From Pseudomonadota bacterium (GTDB lineage: Bacteria; Pseudomonadota; Gammaproteobacteria; Pseudomonadales; Azotimanducaceae), in assembly GCA_039028775.1 (NCBI GenBank), contig JBCCHL010000002.1, positions 44 to 64,043 on the forward strand: a DNA stretch of 64,000 bases. Reading direction: 5' to 3'. Shown in pieces: positions 1 to 9,955 of this stretch; the stretch's first letter is position 1; every line of letters starts with the position of its first letter. The notes under the pieces are model-generated. The model worked only from the letters and a program-made list of their open reading frames with translations. It was not told where the DNA came from and did not search any database. The translations under genes were made by a program, and so were the position numbers.

Positions 1-183
1 CGTCGGTGGAGAGGAAGCAGGGCTCAACAGCGTATTCTGGTGGTTTCAGAGAGTTCTACATTGGTGATTTAGTACTAGCTGGAGATGTCAGATGTGAGCG
101 GTGGTTTCATGGTACTATTGCGGAGCGCAATGGACCAAAGTCTTACATAGTGTGCCTGCGTGATGGAAGATTGTGGAAACGAC
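1..183 (+). mobile_element. Fragment resembling the C-terminal, post-integrase part of an animal Ty3/Gypsy LTR-retrotransposon Pol (K02A2.6-like); probably non-bacterial
   Basis: Frame 6..194 reads FYIGDLVLAGDVRCERWFHGTIAERNGPKSYIVCLRDGRLWKR. This matches my recollection of the F.vGD.V.ar.....W..G.I....GP.SY.V...dG..WkRHvdq pattern of Gypsy Pol C-termini, and the similarity stops exactly where RH is expected. GC is 88/180 = 49% (hand count) against ~60% elsewhere. Confidence 0.65.
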
Positions 184-464
184 GAGAAAGATGACAAGGG
201 GATGGGAATATTCATGTCCAACATGGCCTCCAGCATATCGACCCGATGCTCAGGGTTCACCTCCTCCTCACGCCAGAGGTAGGTGATGAACAGCAGCTGG
301 GTGGGGGTGGCGGAGACGTAAATGGGAAACTCGTCGAGTTCACCTACCACCACGCGCACCACTTCGACATCATCGCCAGCGGGCACCAGTTCTGCGTCGA
401 AGCGCTGGCTGGGATGGATGGCGAGTTGCTGGGTCATACTCAAAAGGCTGACCAGATCGGACAT
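183..464 (-). pseudogene. yjfI: YjfI/DUF2170 family protein, 3'-truncated at the junction near 183
   Basis: ATG at 464 with GGAGG SD; DEFPIYVSATPTQLLFITYLWREEEV...MLEAMLDMNIPIPLSSFS is characteristic of DUF2170. The frame then runs into the unrelated low-GC fragment instead of the expected C-terminal half. Confidence 0.7.
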
Positions 465-623
465 ATTGCTCCTCCTTAAACCGACGTACCGGGTGCGCCC
501 GCAGGCCACGAGACCCGGCTTCAATCTCACTCCATGTCCGACGGCGACGGCGCGATTCTTATACTTTTAGACACCAACTTAATTGACCACCAACGTAAGT
601 TGCCGCCAACGCAGATTGCCATT

Positions 624-680
624 GACATAATATGTCGAACTATACTGCCTCGCAAAGCGTTTGTCGACATAATATGTCGA
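624..680. promoter_or_regulatory. Pair of palindromic operator-like sites GACATA-A-TATGTC (624-636, 666-678)
   Basis: The 15-mer GACATAATATGTCGA is repeated exactly, 42 bp apart, in the AT-rich gap between divergent yjfI and CPBP genes. The first copy overlaps a TTGACA. Confidence 0.7.
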
Positions 681-816
681 TAATGTTTTTTTCGACGACC
701 CCGGGAGCCCACCTACTCACGCAAATTGCAACCCAACGTCACACGCGGCGTCATAGGGTCCATGTAGACGTGGCGACGTGTGTTAGGGTGACCTCCCAGT
801 ACTCTGACTTGCAGCC

Positions 817-1428
817 ATGCCATCTTTGCCCACGCCCACCCCCATCAGCCGCGGCCGCCTGCAGCGCCCTCCAGATTTCACCGGGGCACGGCTGGAAACG
901 TTTACCAGCGTGTTTCTTCGCCACGGACTTCCCGGCGCATTGCTGGGAGGGTTGTGCCTGCTGGGGCCAGGTATGTCGGAGCTATTGCTCGAAGGCTTAG
1001 CCCCATTGGCTGCACAGCCGCTGCGGGCGGTGGCCATCGTAGGGGGTATCTTCGCGCTGCTCACCGCCTACGCGTGTTACCTCGCGAGACGCTTCGAAGC
1101 ACAAAACGCAGGCTGGATCGCCTATCTCGGCATACTGTCGCTGTGGGAAGAATGGGTGTTCCGAGTCGCGCTGCCCGAGTATCTCCAGGGCTTGGCACTC
1201 CTACCGTGGGCAGCCTTGTTGCTCAGCAACGCCTTGTTTGGGGCCGTACACTACTTCACCTTGCGCTGGCGCTGGCAGTGGTGTGTCGGGGCTTTCCTCG
1301 GCGGGGTGGCGCTGAGCCGCCACTACGATAACAACGCCAGCCTGCTGGCGATCACCGCCTTCCACTGGCTGGGTACCAGTTTCAATACCCCTCGCCCACC
1401 GAGCAGGAGCGATGCACGCGGCGCCTAA
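817..1428 (+). CDS. CPBP/CAAX-protease (Abi) family intramembrane glutamic metalloprotease
   Basis: Hydrophobic protein with WEEWVFR, FGAVH and downstream AFHW motifs (EExxxR / FxxxH / HxxxN-type). Start uncertain. Confidence 0.75.
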   Translation: MPSLPTPTPISRGRLQRPPDFTGARLETFTSVFLRHGLPGALLGGLCLLGPGMSELLLEGLAPLAAQPLRAVAIVGGIFALLTAYACYLARRFEAQNAGWIAYLGILSLWEEWVFRVALPEYLQGLALLPWAALLLSNALFGAVHYFTLRWRWQWCVGAFLGGVALSRHYDNNASLLAITAFHWLGTSFNTPRPPSRSDARGA

Positions 1429-1489
1429 TTCGGGTCGCATCTGTTGAGCCGCAACTACTAAAGCAAACCCGACCTGACCTTGAACAGCC

Positions 1490-2293
1490 TCAGCGCAGCA
1501 ATGCGCGATCCCAAGCAAAGCCGGAGAGCGCTCCCGCGGCATGACGATCCGCAGCGACGATCCCATCGGGGGTATTGTGCAGGATGAGCAAGGCGGGCGC
1601 CTCCAATTGCTCCAGCTCGGATGGCGCGGGCATGTCGCCCAGAGCGGCATGCAGTACCCGCTCGTCGTCATAGGTCGCCCGGCTGATGATCGAGAAGCGA
1701 GTTTCACCGGGTACACCGGTGGCCAACAGTCCCGTAACCAAATCCGCCAACACAGAGAAACCCATGTAGAACACGACCGTCTGCCCGGGACGCGACACCA
1801 GATCCCAATCCAAATCCAGGTGACCATGGCGCTTGTGGGCAGTAACCAACGTGACCGCGTGTGCGCTATCGCGATGGGTGAGAGGCAGCGTATTGCTGGC
1901 GGCAGCTCCCGTTGCGGCGGTGATTCCAGGTACCACCTCAACCGCGATGCCGGCCTGGTGCAGCGCGGCGACTTCCTCACCGCCACGACCAAAAACAAAC
2001 GGATCCCCGCCTTTGAGGCGAACCACCTTGAACCCCGCCGCGGCGCGCTCGACCATCCGCCGCGCGATGTCTTCCTGCCGCATCGCATGCAAATGCTTGC
2101 GCTTACCCACATAAACCAGTTCGCAGACCTCAGGAGCGAGCGTTAACACCTCCTTGTCGAGCAGGCGGTCATAGAAGATCACCTCCGCGCTGGCGATCAA
2201 GCGACAGGCTTTCACCGTCAGCAACTCCGGATCGCCGGGGCCTGCGCCCACAAGGTATACCACACCCGCTTGTGCACTGGTCTTACGTATCAT
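1490..2293 (-). CDS. cobA: Uroporphyrinogen-III C-methyltransferase (sirohaem supply)
   Basis: VYLVGAGPGDPELLT, VVRLKGGDPFVFGRGGEE, VVPGITAA motifs; last gene of the nas operon; ATG 2293 preceded by GAGG. Confidence 0.95.
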   Translation of the reverse strand: MIRKTSAQAGVVYLVGAGPGDPELLTVKACRLIASAEVIFYDRLLDKEVLTLAPEVCELVYVGKRKHLHAMRQEDIARRMVERAAAGFKVVRLKGGDPFVFGRGGEEVAALHQAGIAVEVVPGITAATGAAASNTLPLTHRDSAHAVTLVTAHKRHGHLDLDWDLVSRPGQTVVFYMGFSVLADLVTGLLATGVPGETRFSIISRATYDDERVLHAALGDMPAPSELEQLEAPALLILHNTPDGIVAADRHAAGALSGFAWDRALLR

Positions 2294-2326
2294 TGATCCG
2301 CGCCTCAAGATTCATCGCGTAGATAA

Positions 2327-4942
2327 TCATCGCGCGGCCACCGCCGCAGGGACGGCGAGGCGCGCCAACAACTCGTTCAGCTCCGGCACGCAGGAACCAC
2401 AATTGGTGCCGCACTTCAGTTCACGCCCGAGTGCAGGCAGATCGTCATGCCCCGCGAGGATCGCCTGCTCTATACGCGAACGTGTCACCTCAAAACAGGT
2501 ACAGACCACCGGCGATTGATCGCGTCTGACAACGCTGCGCACGCTGAGCTTCTGCCAGTCTGGAACATCCGCGTCCAATTGATGCTGTAGATGCGAAAAC
2601 GGCGGCAAGCGTTCCCGCTGGTCGTCGGTAAACAACAACCACGGTCGGCCGCTGTGCTCGCCTAAAAGGCGCAGCTGCGACCCGGCCTGGAAGCACAAGG
2701 CATCGCCAAGCTCAATCAGCTCTGCCATGGCCTCGGAATTGGCCAAAGCAAATTCGTACTGAAAAGCTGCTCGATCCTGGCCCGGGCTGACCGCCCAGTA
2801 GCGCAGCGCGACACAGCCGTTCAATCTGTCGAGGTCCAGTTCAGCTGGGTAGAGCAATCGCGCCCAGGTCAGGTGTTTGATCGCGCGGCACTGTACCGCG
2901 GCGTGTTTGCTCTCGGGCTGACCGGAGATGGGATCCGCCGCAGATTCGAATAGACTACCGACCACAGCCATGCTGGCGAAGCGATCGTTCCAGTGTATCG
3001 GCGCAAACACGTTACCCGCGCGTACGTTGTCGCAGACGTCAGCGATTAGACGCACCTCACCGACTGCACTGCGCACCGCAACCAGATCCCCGTTGATGAT
3101 GTTGCGGCTCGCTGCATCCCGGGGATGGATCTGCAAAGTCGGTTCGCATGAATGCAAAAACAGTTTGGCCGCACTCCCGGTGCGCGTCATCGTATGCCAT
3201 TGATCACGAAAGCGTCCGCTGTTGAGAATCAGCGGATAGGCGGGGCACGGTTGCTGCAGCGCTTCGCGATGGGCGGTCGGCACAAAACGCGCGCGTCCAC
3301 TAGGGGTGGAAAATAGACGCTGTGCGTAAGGTCTTTCTTGAGGCGGCCAACTGACGGGCTCGAGATCGGCATAGTCGCGCGCTGATAACCCCTTTAAGAA
3401 ACTGAGATCGAACAGTCTGTTGGTCGCTTTGTTTGTCGCACTCAGATCGACGTGTTCAGCGAAAATCTCGTGCGCAGCGGTGAAGGCAAACGCGTCGGCA
3501 AAACCCATCGAGATCGCCACGTCACAGATGATTTGCCAGTCCGGGCGCGCCTCACCCACGGCGGGCAGCAAGCGGCGCTGACGCGAGATACGCCGTTCGG
3601 AGTTGGTGACCGTGCCGTCTTTCTCACCCCAACCCTGGGCGGGCAGTAGCACGTCAGCAAAGGCAGTGGTGTCGGTCTGGGCCACACAATCGGAAACGAT
3701 CACTGTCTCACAACGCGCCAGCGCTGCGCGCACTTTCGGAGTATTGGGCAAGCTGACGGCAGGGTTGGTTCCCATCACCCAAAGCGCCTTGATGCGCCCA
3801 TCGTGGATCGCATCAAACATATCCACCGCTTTTAAACCGGGCTGACGCGCGAGATTTGGAGCACCCCAGAAGTTCGACACCGTGGTCCAACACGTCTCAT
3901 CAAAGTCCATGTGCGCTGCGAGTTGGTTGGCCAGCCCACCCACCTCGCGCCCGCCCATCGCATTGGGTTGACCGGTGATCGAAAAAGGGCCGGCGCCGGC
4001 GATTCCGATACGGCCGGTGGCCAAATGACAGTTGATGATGGCATTCGCTCGGTCCGTCCCGTTCGCGGCCTGGTTAACCCCTTGCGAAAACAACGTGACG
4101 GTTGCCTGCGTATCCGCAAACGCCGCGTAAAATGACAACACTTGGTGCAGGTCCAGATCGGTGAGCGTCGCTACCGCTTCCGGGGACAGGCGATTCGCTG
4201 CGCGGGCAGCGGCAAACCCCTCCGTGTGACGCTCTACAAAGTCGTGATCGAGAGCGCCATTGGCGGCAACGTAGGCGAGCAGGCCATTGAATAGAGCAGC
4301 ATCGGTGCCGGGGCGAATCGCCAGATGCTGATCCGCGATGTCACAGGTCGTGGTGCGGCGCGGATCGATGACCACCACCCGCGTACCGCGCGCTTCGCGT
4401 GCGGCGACTATACGCTGGTAGACAATCGGATGAGCCCACGCGGTGTTCGAACCACACAGGATGATTAGATCGGCGCTTTCCAGATCGCTGTAGTCACACG
4501 GCACCACGTCTTCGCCAAACGCCCGTTTGTGCGCCGCCACAGCGGAGGCCATGCAGAGGCGCGAATTGGTATCGACATTGGCGGTGCCGATGTACCCTTT
4601 GATCAGTTTGTTAGCGACGTAATAGTCTTCGGTCAGGAGTTGGCCGGAGAGATAAAAGGCCACCGCATCCGCGCCATTTACATCCACCACCGCGCGCAGG
4701 CGCGCTGCCACCTCGTCGGTGGCCGTCCGCCAATCGACCTCGCGGCCATCCACCACCGGACGCAGCAGGCGTCCATCGTTCACCATGGTGGCAGCCAGGT
4801 TGGCGCCTTTGACACAGAGACGCCCCCTATTGGCCGGATGGCGCGAGTTCCCCTCCACGGCGATCAAACGCCGCCCGTCGGTTTGCGCGGTTACCCCGCA
4901 CCCGACGCCGCAGTAAGGGCAGGTGGTGTCTTTGCTGTGCAT
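2327..4942 (-). CDS. nasA: Assimilatory nitrate reductase catalytic subunit (Mo-bisPGD, 4Fe-4S, C-terminal BFD-like 2Fe-2S)
   Basis: N-terminal CPYCGVGCG...LCVKG, DTNSRLCMAS, GQPNAMGGREVGG; C-terminal VCTCF...CGTNCGSC. Confidence 0.95.
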   Translation of the reverse strand: MHSKDTTCPYCGVGCGVTAQTDGRRLIAVEGNSRHPANRGRLCVKGANLAATMVNDGRLLRPVVDGREVDWRTATDEVAARLRAVVDVNGADAVAFYLSGQLLTEDYYVANKLIKGYIGTANVDTNSRLCMASAVAAHKRAFGEDVVPCDYSDLESADLIILCGSNTAWAHPIVYQRIVAAREARGTRVVVIDPRRTTTCDIADQHLAIRPGTDAALFNGLLAYVAANGALDHDFVERHTEGFAAARAANRLSPEAVATLTDLDLHQVLSFYAAFADTQATVTLFSQGVNQAANGTDRANAIINCHLATGRIGIAGAGPFSITGQPNAMGGREVGGLANQLAAHMDFDETCWTTVSNFWGAPNLARQPGLKAVDMFDAIHDGRIKALWVMGTNPAVSLPNTPKVRAALARCETVIVSDCVAQTDTTAFADVLLPAQGWGEKDGTVTNSERRISRQRRLLPAVGEARPDWQIICDVAISMGFADAFAFTAAHEIFAEHVDLSATNKATNRLFDLSFLKGLSARDYADLEPVSWPPQERPYAQRLFSTPSGRARFVPTAHREALQQPCPAYPLILNSGRFRDQWHTMTRTGSAAKLFLHSCEPTLQIHPRDAASRNIINGDLVAVRSAVGEVRLIADVCDNVRAGNVFAPIHWNDRFASMAVVGSLFESAADPISGQPESKHAAVQCRAIKHLTWARLLYPAELDLDRLNGCVALRYWAVSPGQDRAAFQYEFALANSEAMAELIELGDALCFQAGSQLRLLGEHSGRPWLLFTDDQRERLPPFSHLQHQLDADVPDWQKLSVRSVVRRDQSPVVCTCFEVTRSRIEQAILAGHDDLPALGRELKCGTNCGSCVPELNELLARLAVPAAVAAR

Positions 4943-4962
4943 GATCTGGCTATACCACCGAC

Positions 4963-5319
4963 TTACTTCAGGTACAGCACAACCTGGTCGCCTTCGATAC
5001 CGACCTCATAAACCGGCACCGCCACCTCGGGGTCTTCCAGACACACACCCGTGCGCAGACAAAAGTGCTGTTTGTACAGGGGTGAAGCCACACATAACGC
5101 GCCTTTTTTGTCGCCGATAATTCCGCGTGAGAGAACGTTGGCCTGACCGATCGGATCGAAGTTACCAATCGCAAATACCTGGCGATCGTCTTCATCGGGG
5201 CAATAAAACAGCGCGATCTGCTGTTCATCGAACAAGACGCCCACGCCCGAGCCGGCAACCAGATCGGTGAGCGCACACAAACCAACAACCGCCGTTTCAT
5301 TCTGCATGCTCGGCTGCAC
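4963..5319 (-). CDS. nirD: Nitrite reductase small subunit
   Basis: AIGNFDPIGQANVLSRGIIGD...VASPLYKQHFCLRTGVCLED; adjacent to nirB. Confidence 0.95.
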   Translation of the reverse strand: MQPSMQNETAVVGLCALTDLVAGSGVGVLFDEQQIALFYCPDEDDRQVFAIGNFDPIGQANVLSRGIIGDKKGALCVASPLYKQHFCLRTGVCLEDPEVAVPVYEVGIEGDQVVLYLK

Positions 5320-5320
5320 C

Positions 5321-7831
5321 TCAGGCCTCCATGATTTCTATTTTTTCCACCGCGGTGGCCGGGCGCTTCTGGCCACGCTCGCGGACAAAGATCACCTGGC
5401 TGTCGGCAGCTTCGGAATTAACAAACGGACGAAAACGCTTGAGTTTTTCCGGGTCTTCTATTGTGGTTTTCCATTCGCACTGATAAGTGCCTATGATGTT
5501 GGCCATCTGCGCTTCCAGCTCAGCGCCAATGCCCAGGCTGTCCTCGATGACCACGTCCCGCACATACTCAAGCCCACCCTCAAGAGACTCCAGCCATACG
5601 GATGTGCGCTGCAGGCGATCTGCCGTGCGCACATAAAACATGAGGAAACGATCGATGTAGCGGATCAGGGTCTCGTCATCGAGATCCGATGCAAAGAGGT
5701 CAGCGTGGCGCGGACGCATGCCACCATTGCCGGCCACAAACAGATTCCAGCCCTGCTCCGTGGCGATCACGCCGACGTCTTTGCTCTGCGCTTCCGCACA
5801 CTCGCGGGTACATCCACTCACCGCCATCTTCAACTTGTGCGGGGAGCGCAAACCTTTGTAGCGATTCTCGACCAACAGCGCCATACCGACCGAGTCTTGC
5901 ACGCCGTATCGACACCAGGTGCTGCCGACACAGGACTTCACCGTGCGCAGGGCTTTGCCATAAGCATGGCCGGTCTCGAACCCGGCATCGATCAGCTCTT
6001 TCCAGATGAGCGGCAGTTCATGCATCTGCGCGCCAAAAAGATCGATGCGCTGCCCCCCGGTTATCTTGGTGTACAGATCATAGCGTTTGGCGACGGCGCC
6101 GATGGCGATCAGTTTGTCCGGTGTGATCTCACCACCCGGGATGCGCGGTACCACCGAATAGGTGCCGTCCTTCTGCATGTTGGCGAGCATGTGGTCATTG
6201 GTGTCCTGCAGACCCACGTGCTGGTTTTCGAGCACATAATCGTTGTACAGCGACGCTATGATCGATCCCACCGCGGGCTTGCAGATGTCGCAGCCACGCC
6301 CGCGGCCATGTTTGGCCAACAGCGTCTGCATGTCTTTGATCTCTTCCACCTGACAGATATGAAACAACTCCTGCCGGGTGAAGGGAAAGTGCTCGCAGAT
6401 GCTCTTATCCACCTCGATGCCCAAGGATTCCAGCCGATCGTCGAACACGGACTTCAACAGCACCGCACATCCACCACACCCGGTGGAAGCCTTGGTCTGC
6501 GCTTTCAACTCGCCTAGCTCGAGTACCCCATCCTCCATGGTCTGCAGCACCGAACCTTTGGTGACGTTATGACAGGAACAAATCACTGCACTGTCCGGCA
6601 GCAGATCAGCGCTGAGGGCTGCCCCGCCCTCGCTATGGGGCAGAAACAGGCTTTCCGGCGCGTCCGGCAACGGCAGATCGTTCAGGTAGTACTGCAGGAT
6701 CTGGTCATATCCGGAACAATCACCCACCAATACCGCACCGACCACCTTGTCACCCGCAGCATTGAGATTGAGCCGGCAGTAAACATCTTTGACGGGGTCG
6801 CTATAGCGGTAAGCGCGCACACCCTCTGCGCGCCCGTGGGCGTCGCCGATGGAGCCCACGTCGACTCCCAAGAGCTTGAGCTTGGTGCTCATATCAGCGC
6901 CCAGAAACTCCTCGCTGCCACCCGTGATCCGAGCGGCCGCTACTTCCGCCATCCGATACCCTGGCGCGACCAGACCGAAGATAAACCCTTCGTAGAGGGC
7001 ACACTCACCGACGGCGTAGATGTTCGGATCGTTGGTGCGACAGGCACTGTCCACAACCACTCCACCGCGCTCACCGACTACCAGACCTATCTGTCGCGCC
7101 AGCTGATCACTGGGTCGTATACCCGCCGAAAAAACGACAATGTCGGCATCCAGAGGCTCGCCTTCGGCAAACGTCAGGCGTACGCCAGAGCCCAGGACAT
7201 CAATCGACTGGGTGGCTTTGGAGGTATGCACCTGCACATCCAGCCCTTCGATATGGCCGCGCAGGGATGCGCTGCCCAGATCGTCCAGCTGCACCCCCAT
7301 CAGCCCCGGCGCAAACTCCACCACGTGAGTATCGAGATCGAGGTTCTTGAGGGCGTTGGCACATTCAAGACCGAGCAGGCCACCGCCGATAACAACCCCG
7401 CGTTGGGCATCTTGTGCGGCAGCCTGGATTGCGTGTAGATCATCGATAGTTCGATAGACAAAACAGTTCGGTCCATCGCTGCCCGGTATCGGCGGCACAA
7501 ACGGATAAGAGCCGGTCGCCAGCACCAAATGATCGTAGGCGACGCTTTGGCCATCCGCGCAGTGAACCACACGGCGCGTGCGATCCACGTCCACCACGTC
7601 CGCGCCCAGGCGCAAGTCGATGCCGAGCCGGCTATAGTCATCCACTTCCGGCAAGGTCAGATCTTCCGGTGTTTTGCCGGCAAACACCTCGGACAAATGC
7701 ACCCGGTCATACGCAGGTATCGACTCTTTGCCCAATATCGTTACGGCCACCTCGTCATTACCCTGGGCGATCGTGATCGCGAAGTGGTGCCCGACCATGC
7801 CGTTGCCCACCACCAATACTCGTTGTCTCAT
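5321..7831 (-). CDS. nirB: NAD(P)H-dependent sirohaem nitrite reductase large subunit
   Basis: GNGMVG FAD motif, GGGLLGLE, ICSCHNV...CGGC, CDICKP, KSCVGSTWCRYG, SGCTRECAEA. Confidence 0.97.
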   Translation of the reverse strand: MRQRVLVVGNGMVGHHFAITIAQGNDEVAVTILGKESIPAYDRVHLSEVFAGKTPEDLTLPEVDDYSRLGIDLRLGADVVDVDRTRRVVHCADGQSVAYDHLVLATGSYPFVPPIPGSDGPNCFVYRTIDDLHAIQAAAQDAQRGVVIGGGLLGLECANALKNLDLDTHVVEFAPGLMGVQLDDLGSASLRGHIEGLDVQVHTSKATQSIDVLGSGVRLTFAEGEPLDADIVVFSAGIRPSDQLARQIGLVVGERGGVVVDSACRTNDPNIYAVGECALYEGFIFGLVAPGYRMAEVAAARITGGSEEFLGADMSTKLKLLGVDVGSIGDAHGRAEGVRAYRYSDPVKDVYCRLNLNAAGDKVVGAVLVGDCSGYDQILQYYLNDLPLPDAPESLFLPHSEGGAALSADLLPDSAVICSCHNVTKGSVLQTMEDGVLELGELKAQTKASTGCGGCAVLLKSVFDDRLESLGIEVDKSICEHFPFTRQELFHICQVEEIKDMQTLLAKHGRGRGCDICKPAVGSIIASLYNDYVLENQHVGLQDTNDHMLANMQKDGTYSVVPRIPGGEITPDKLIAIGAVAKRYDLYTKITGGQRIDLFGAQMHELPLIWKELIDAGFETGHAYGKALRTVKSCVGSTWCRYGVQDSVGMALLVENRYKGLRSPHKLKMAVSGCTRECAEAQSKDVGVIATEQGWNLFVAGNGGMRPRHADLFASDLDDETLIRYIDRFLMFYVRTADRLQRTSVWLESLEGGLEYVRDVVIEDSLGIGAELEAQMANIIGTYQCEWKTTIEDPEKLKRFRPFVNSEAADSQVIFVRERGQKRPATAVEKIEIMEA

Positions 7832-7858
7832 ATCTAACTTCCTGCCCTGGTGTGCGGC

Positions 7859-9058
7859 CTAAACCAGACCGAACGCCAGACGTTCACGTTGTTCCATATC
7901 CAGTTCCCTCCCCAGATGGGCGACAATTTCCCGCGCCCCTGCGGTATCGCCAAACAGCACCGCACCGGCCAAGCGATTGCCGGCAAAACCCAGGCGTCGA
8001 TACACACCCCGCGCCTGATCACGAATGGTGATATCGTCGCCAGGTTCAACCTGGGAGGCGGCGGGCATTTCTCCCGCTGCGACGAGGGCGATGTTGTGCA
8101 CCTTCAACCGTGTGCCGACTGGCGGCGCATGCACCGCAGCCGGCTCGCCTGTTAACGTGGTCGCCAACGCGGCGGCCTGGGCGTTCACATGGTCAACCAG
8201 TTGCTGACGGGCACCCGCCACGTTGGCGCACTCCCCCAACGCATAGACGCCGGTGCGTGAGGCGCGTAAATACTCGTCTGTGACAATCCCCGAATCCACC
8301 TCAAGGCCTGCAGCAGCCGCCAACCGATCGGCGGGTTGAGCGCCGGTGGCCAACACCACAAAGTCAGCGCGATACGACTCGCCATTGCTGAGGTTGATCA
8401 CATGATCGCCGTGTGGGTTCATCTGCATCTGCTCGATCGTGGTATTGAGGGTGACATCCACGCCATTGGCCTGCATGGCTGCCGCCAAAAGCTCGGAGCC
8501 GAGATCGTCCAATTGCCGGGTCATCAAACGCGGTCCGCGATGGATCAGGCGTACCGGCAGCCCCATCGCAGCAATCGCATCTGCGGCTTCCAAGCCTAAC
8601 AAGCCGCCCCCCACAACCGCGCCACACCTCGACTGCGCCACCAGATCGCGCAGCCGTTGCGCATCATCCAGATTGCGAAACTCGGTCAGACGTTCGGCAG
8701 GCGCACCGCTGATCTGTGGCACGGGCACCGCTGAGCCGGTGGCAAAAACAAGTCGGTCAAAGGAGGCCCGTGAAGCGTCGCTCAGGGTTGCTCTGCGGCG
8801 CATCAAATCGATGCCCACCACGTCTACACCGCTGCAGACGTTAAGCCGTTCATCAGTCGAGTGGCTGCTACTGCACAGATCGCGCAGCGTACATTCTCCG
8901 GCGAGAAAACCCGGCAGCAGCACGCGGTTGTAGCCCATCTGCGGCTCGCGACTGGCGACAACAATACGACCGGAGTATTGCTGCTCACGCAGTTCATGCA
9001 CCAACCGCGCTGCGGCCATGCCGCCGCCAACAATCAAGATGTCGCAATCGATCTGCAT
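7859..9058 (-). CDS. nasC: FAD/NAD(P)-dependent oxidoreductase, NasC-like electron-transfer subunit of nitrate reductase
   Basis: VGGGMAA, FATGS, VVGGGLLGLE, YALGECA; resembles the NirB N-terminal domain; lies in the nas operon. Confidence 0.75.
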   Translation of the reverse strand: MQIDCDILIVGGGMAAARLVHELREQQYSGRIVVASREPQMGYNRVLLPGFLAGECTLRDLCSSSHSTDERLNVCSGVDVVGIDLMRRRATLSDASRASFDRLVFATGSAVPVPQISGAPAERLTEFRNLDDAQRLRDLVAQSRCGAVVGGGLLGLEAADAIAAMGLPVRLIHRGPRLMTRQLDDLGSELLAAAMQANGVDVTLNTTIEQMQMNPHGDHVINLSNGESYRADFVVLATGAQPADRLAAAAGLEVDSGIVTDEYLRASRTGVYALGECANVAGARQQLVDHVNAQAAALATTLTGEPAAVHAPPVGTRLKVHNIALVAAGEMPAASQVEPGDDITIRDQARGVYRRLGFAGNRLAGAVLFGDTAGAREIVAHLGRELDMEQRERLAFGLV

Positions 9059-9921
9059 CAGGCGGCTTCGGACCGATCACCCACGGTGACACCGGCCGCG
9101 TCTTCATCCCCGCCGACAACTTCCGCATTCGCCTGGTCGTGGCCGCCTTGATTGGCGTATAGAAAATCCAGCACCAGACGGCGGCAATGGTTGTAACGGA
9201 CATCTTCCGCCAGCTCCAGCCGATGCCGCGGGCGTGGCAGATTCACATCGACAATTTGACCGATGGTGGCCGCCGGGCCATTGGTCATCATGACAATGCG
9301 ATCTGAGAGCAACACAGCCTCGTCCACATCGTGGGTGATCATGATCACCGTGTTACCCAACTCTTTGTGGATTTCCATGGTGCTGTCCTGCAGCTGCGCG
9401 CGTGTCAGCGCATCGAGAGCGCCAAAGGGTTCATCCATGAGCAACACCTTGGGTTGCATCGACAACGCTCTGGCAATACCCACACGCTGCTTCATGCCAC
9501 CAGAGATTTCGTGCGGCATTTTGTTAAGTGCATGGCTCATGTTCACCAATTCGAGATTGTGCTCGACCCATTGCGCCATCTCCGCCTTGGTTTTGTGCCC
9601 TTTGAAGACACTCTTAACGGCCAGCGCCACGTTGTCATAGACGCTGAGCCAGGGCATCAGGGCATGGTTTTGAAACACCACAGCCCGGTCGGGACCCGGT
9701 TCATCGATCTCCTTGCCCTGCAGGATCACTCCCCCGGAACTCGCCTGGTACAGGCCCGCAACAATGTTCAACACCGTGGACTTGCCACAGCCGGAGTGAC
9801 CGATCAGCGAGATGAAGTCTCCCTCATCGATTTTCAAATCAACGTTGCGCAGGGCCTCGAAACTGCCGCTCTCTGTCTCAAATACTTTGCCGATCTGGCT
9901 GATGTCGAGAAAAGGATTCAT
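9058..9921 (-). CDS. nrtC: Nitrate/nitrite ABC transporter ATP-binding subunit (NrtC/NrtD/NasD type)
   Basis: GHSGCGKST, ISGGMKQRVGIARAL, LLMDEPFGALD, ITHDVDEA. Confidence 0.92.
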   Translation of the reverse strand: MNPFLDISQIGKVFETESGSFEALRNVDLKIDEGDFISLIGHSGCGKSTVLNIVAGLYQASSGGVILQGKEIDEPGPDRAVVFQNHALMPWLSVYDNVALAVKSVFKGHKTKAEMAQWVEHNLELVNMSHALNKMPHEISGGMKQRVGIARALSMQPKVLLMDEPFGALDALTRAQLQDSTMEIHKELGNTVIMITHDVDEAVLLSDRIVMMTNGPAATIGQIVDVNLPRPRHRLELAEDVRYNHCRRLVLDFLYANQGGHDQANAEVVGGDEDAAGVTVGDRSEAA

Positions 9922-9955
9922 GTGGTTACCTTGTTTGTTTAGTAAAGGTCGTGTG

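Noticed and set aside
622-646. TTGACA ... TATACT as a sigma70 promoter
   Set aside because: The spacer is only 13 bp; kept only as part of the palindromic operator observation.
690-795. Loose inverted complementarity upstream of the CPBP gene (possible structured leader)
   Set aside because: Pairing is interrupted, I recognise no riboswitch consensus, and it cannot be separated from chance at this GC.
5267-6517. 416-aa plus-strand ORF, plus many other long antisense ORFs (e.g. 33691-35013, 41384-42487, 50354-50998, 1201-2112)
   Set aside because: They are shadows of well-supported genes on the opposite strand or frame in high-GC DNA, with no recognisable motifs.
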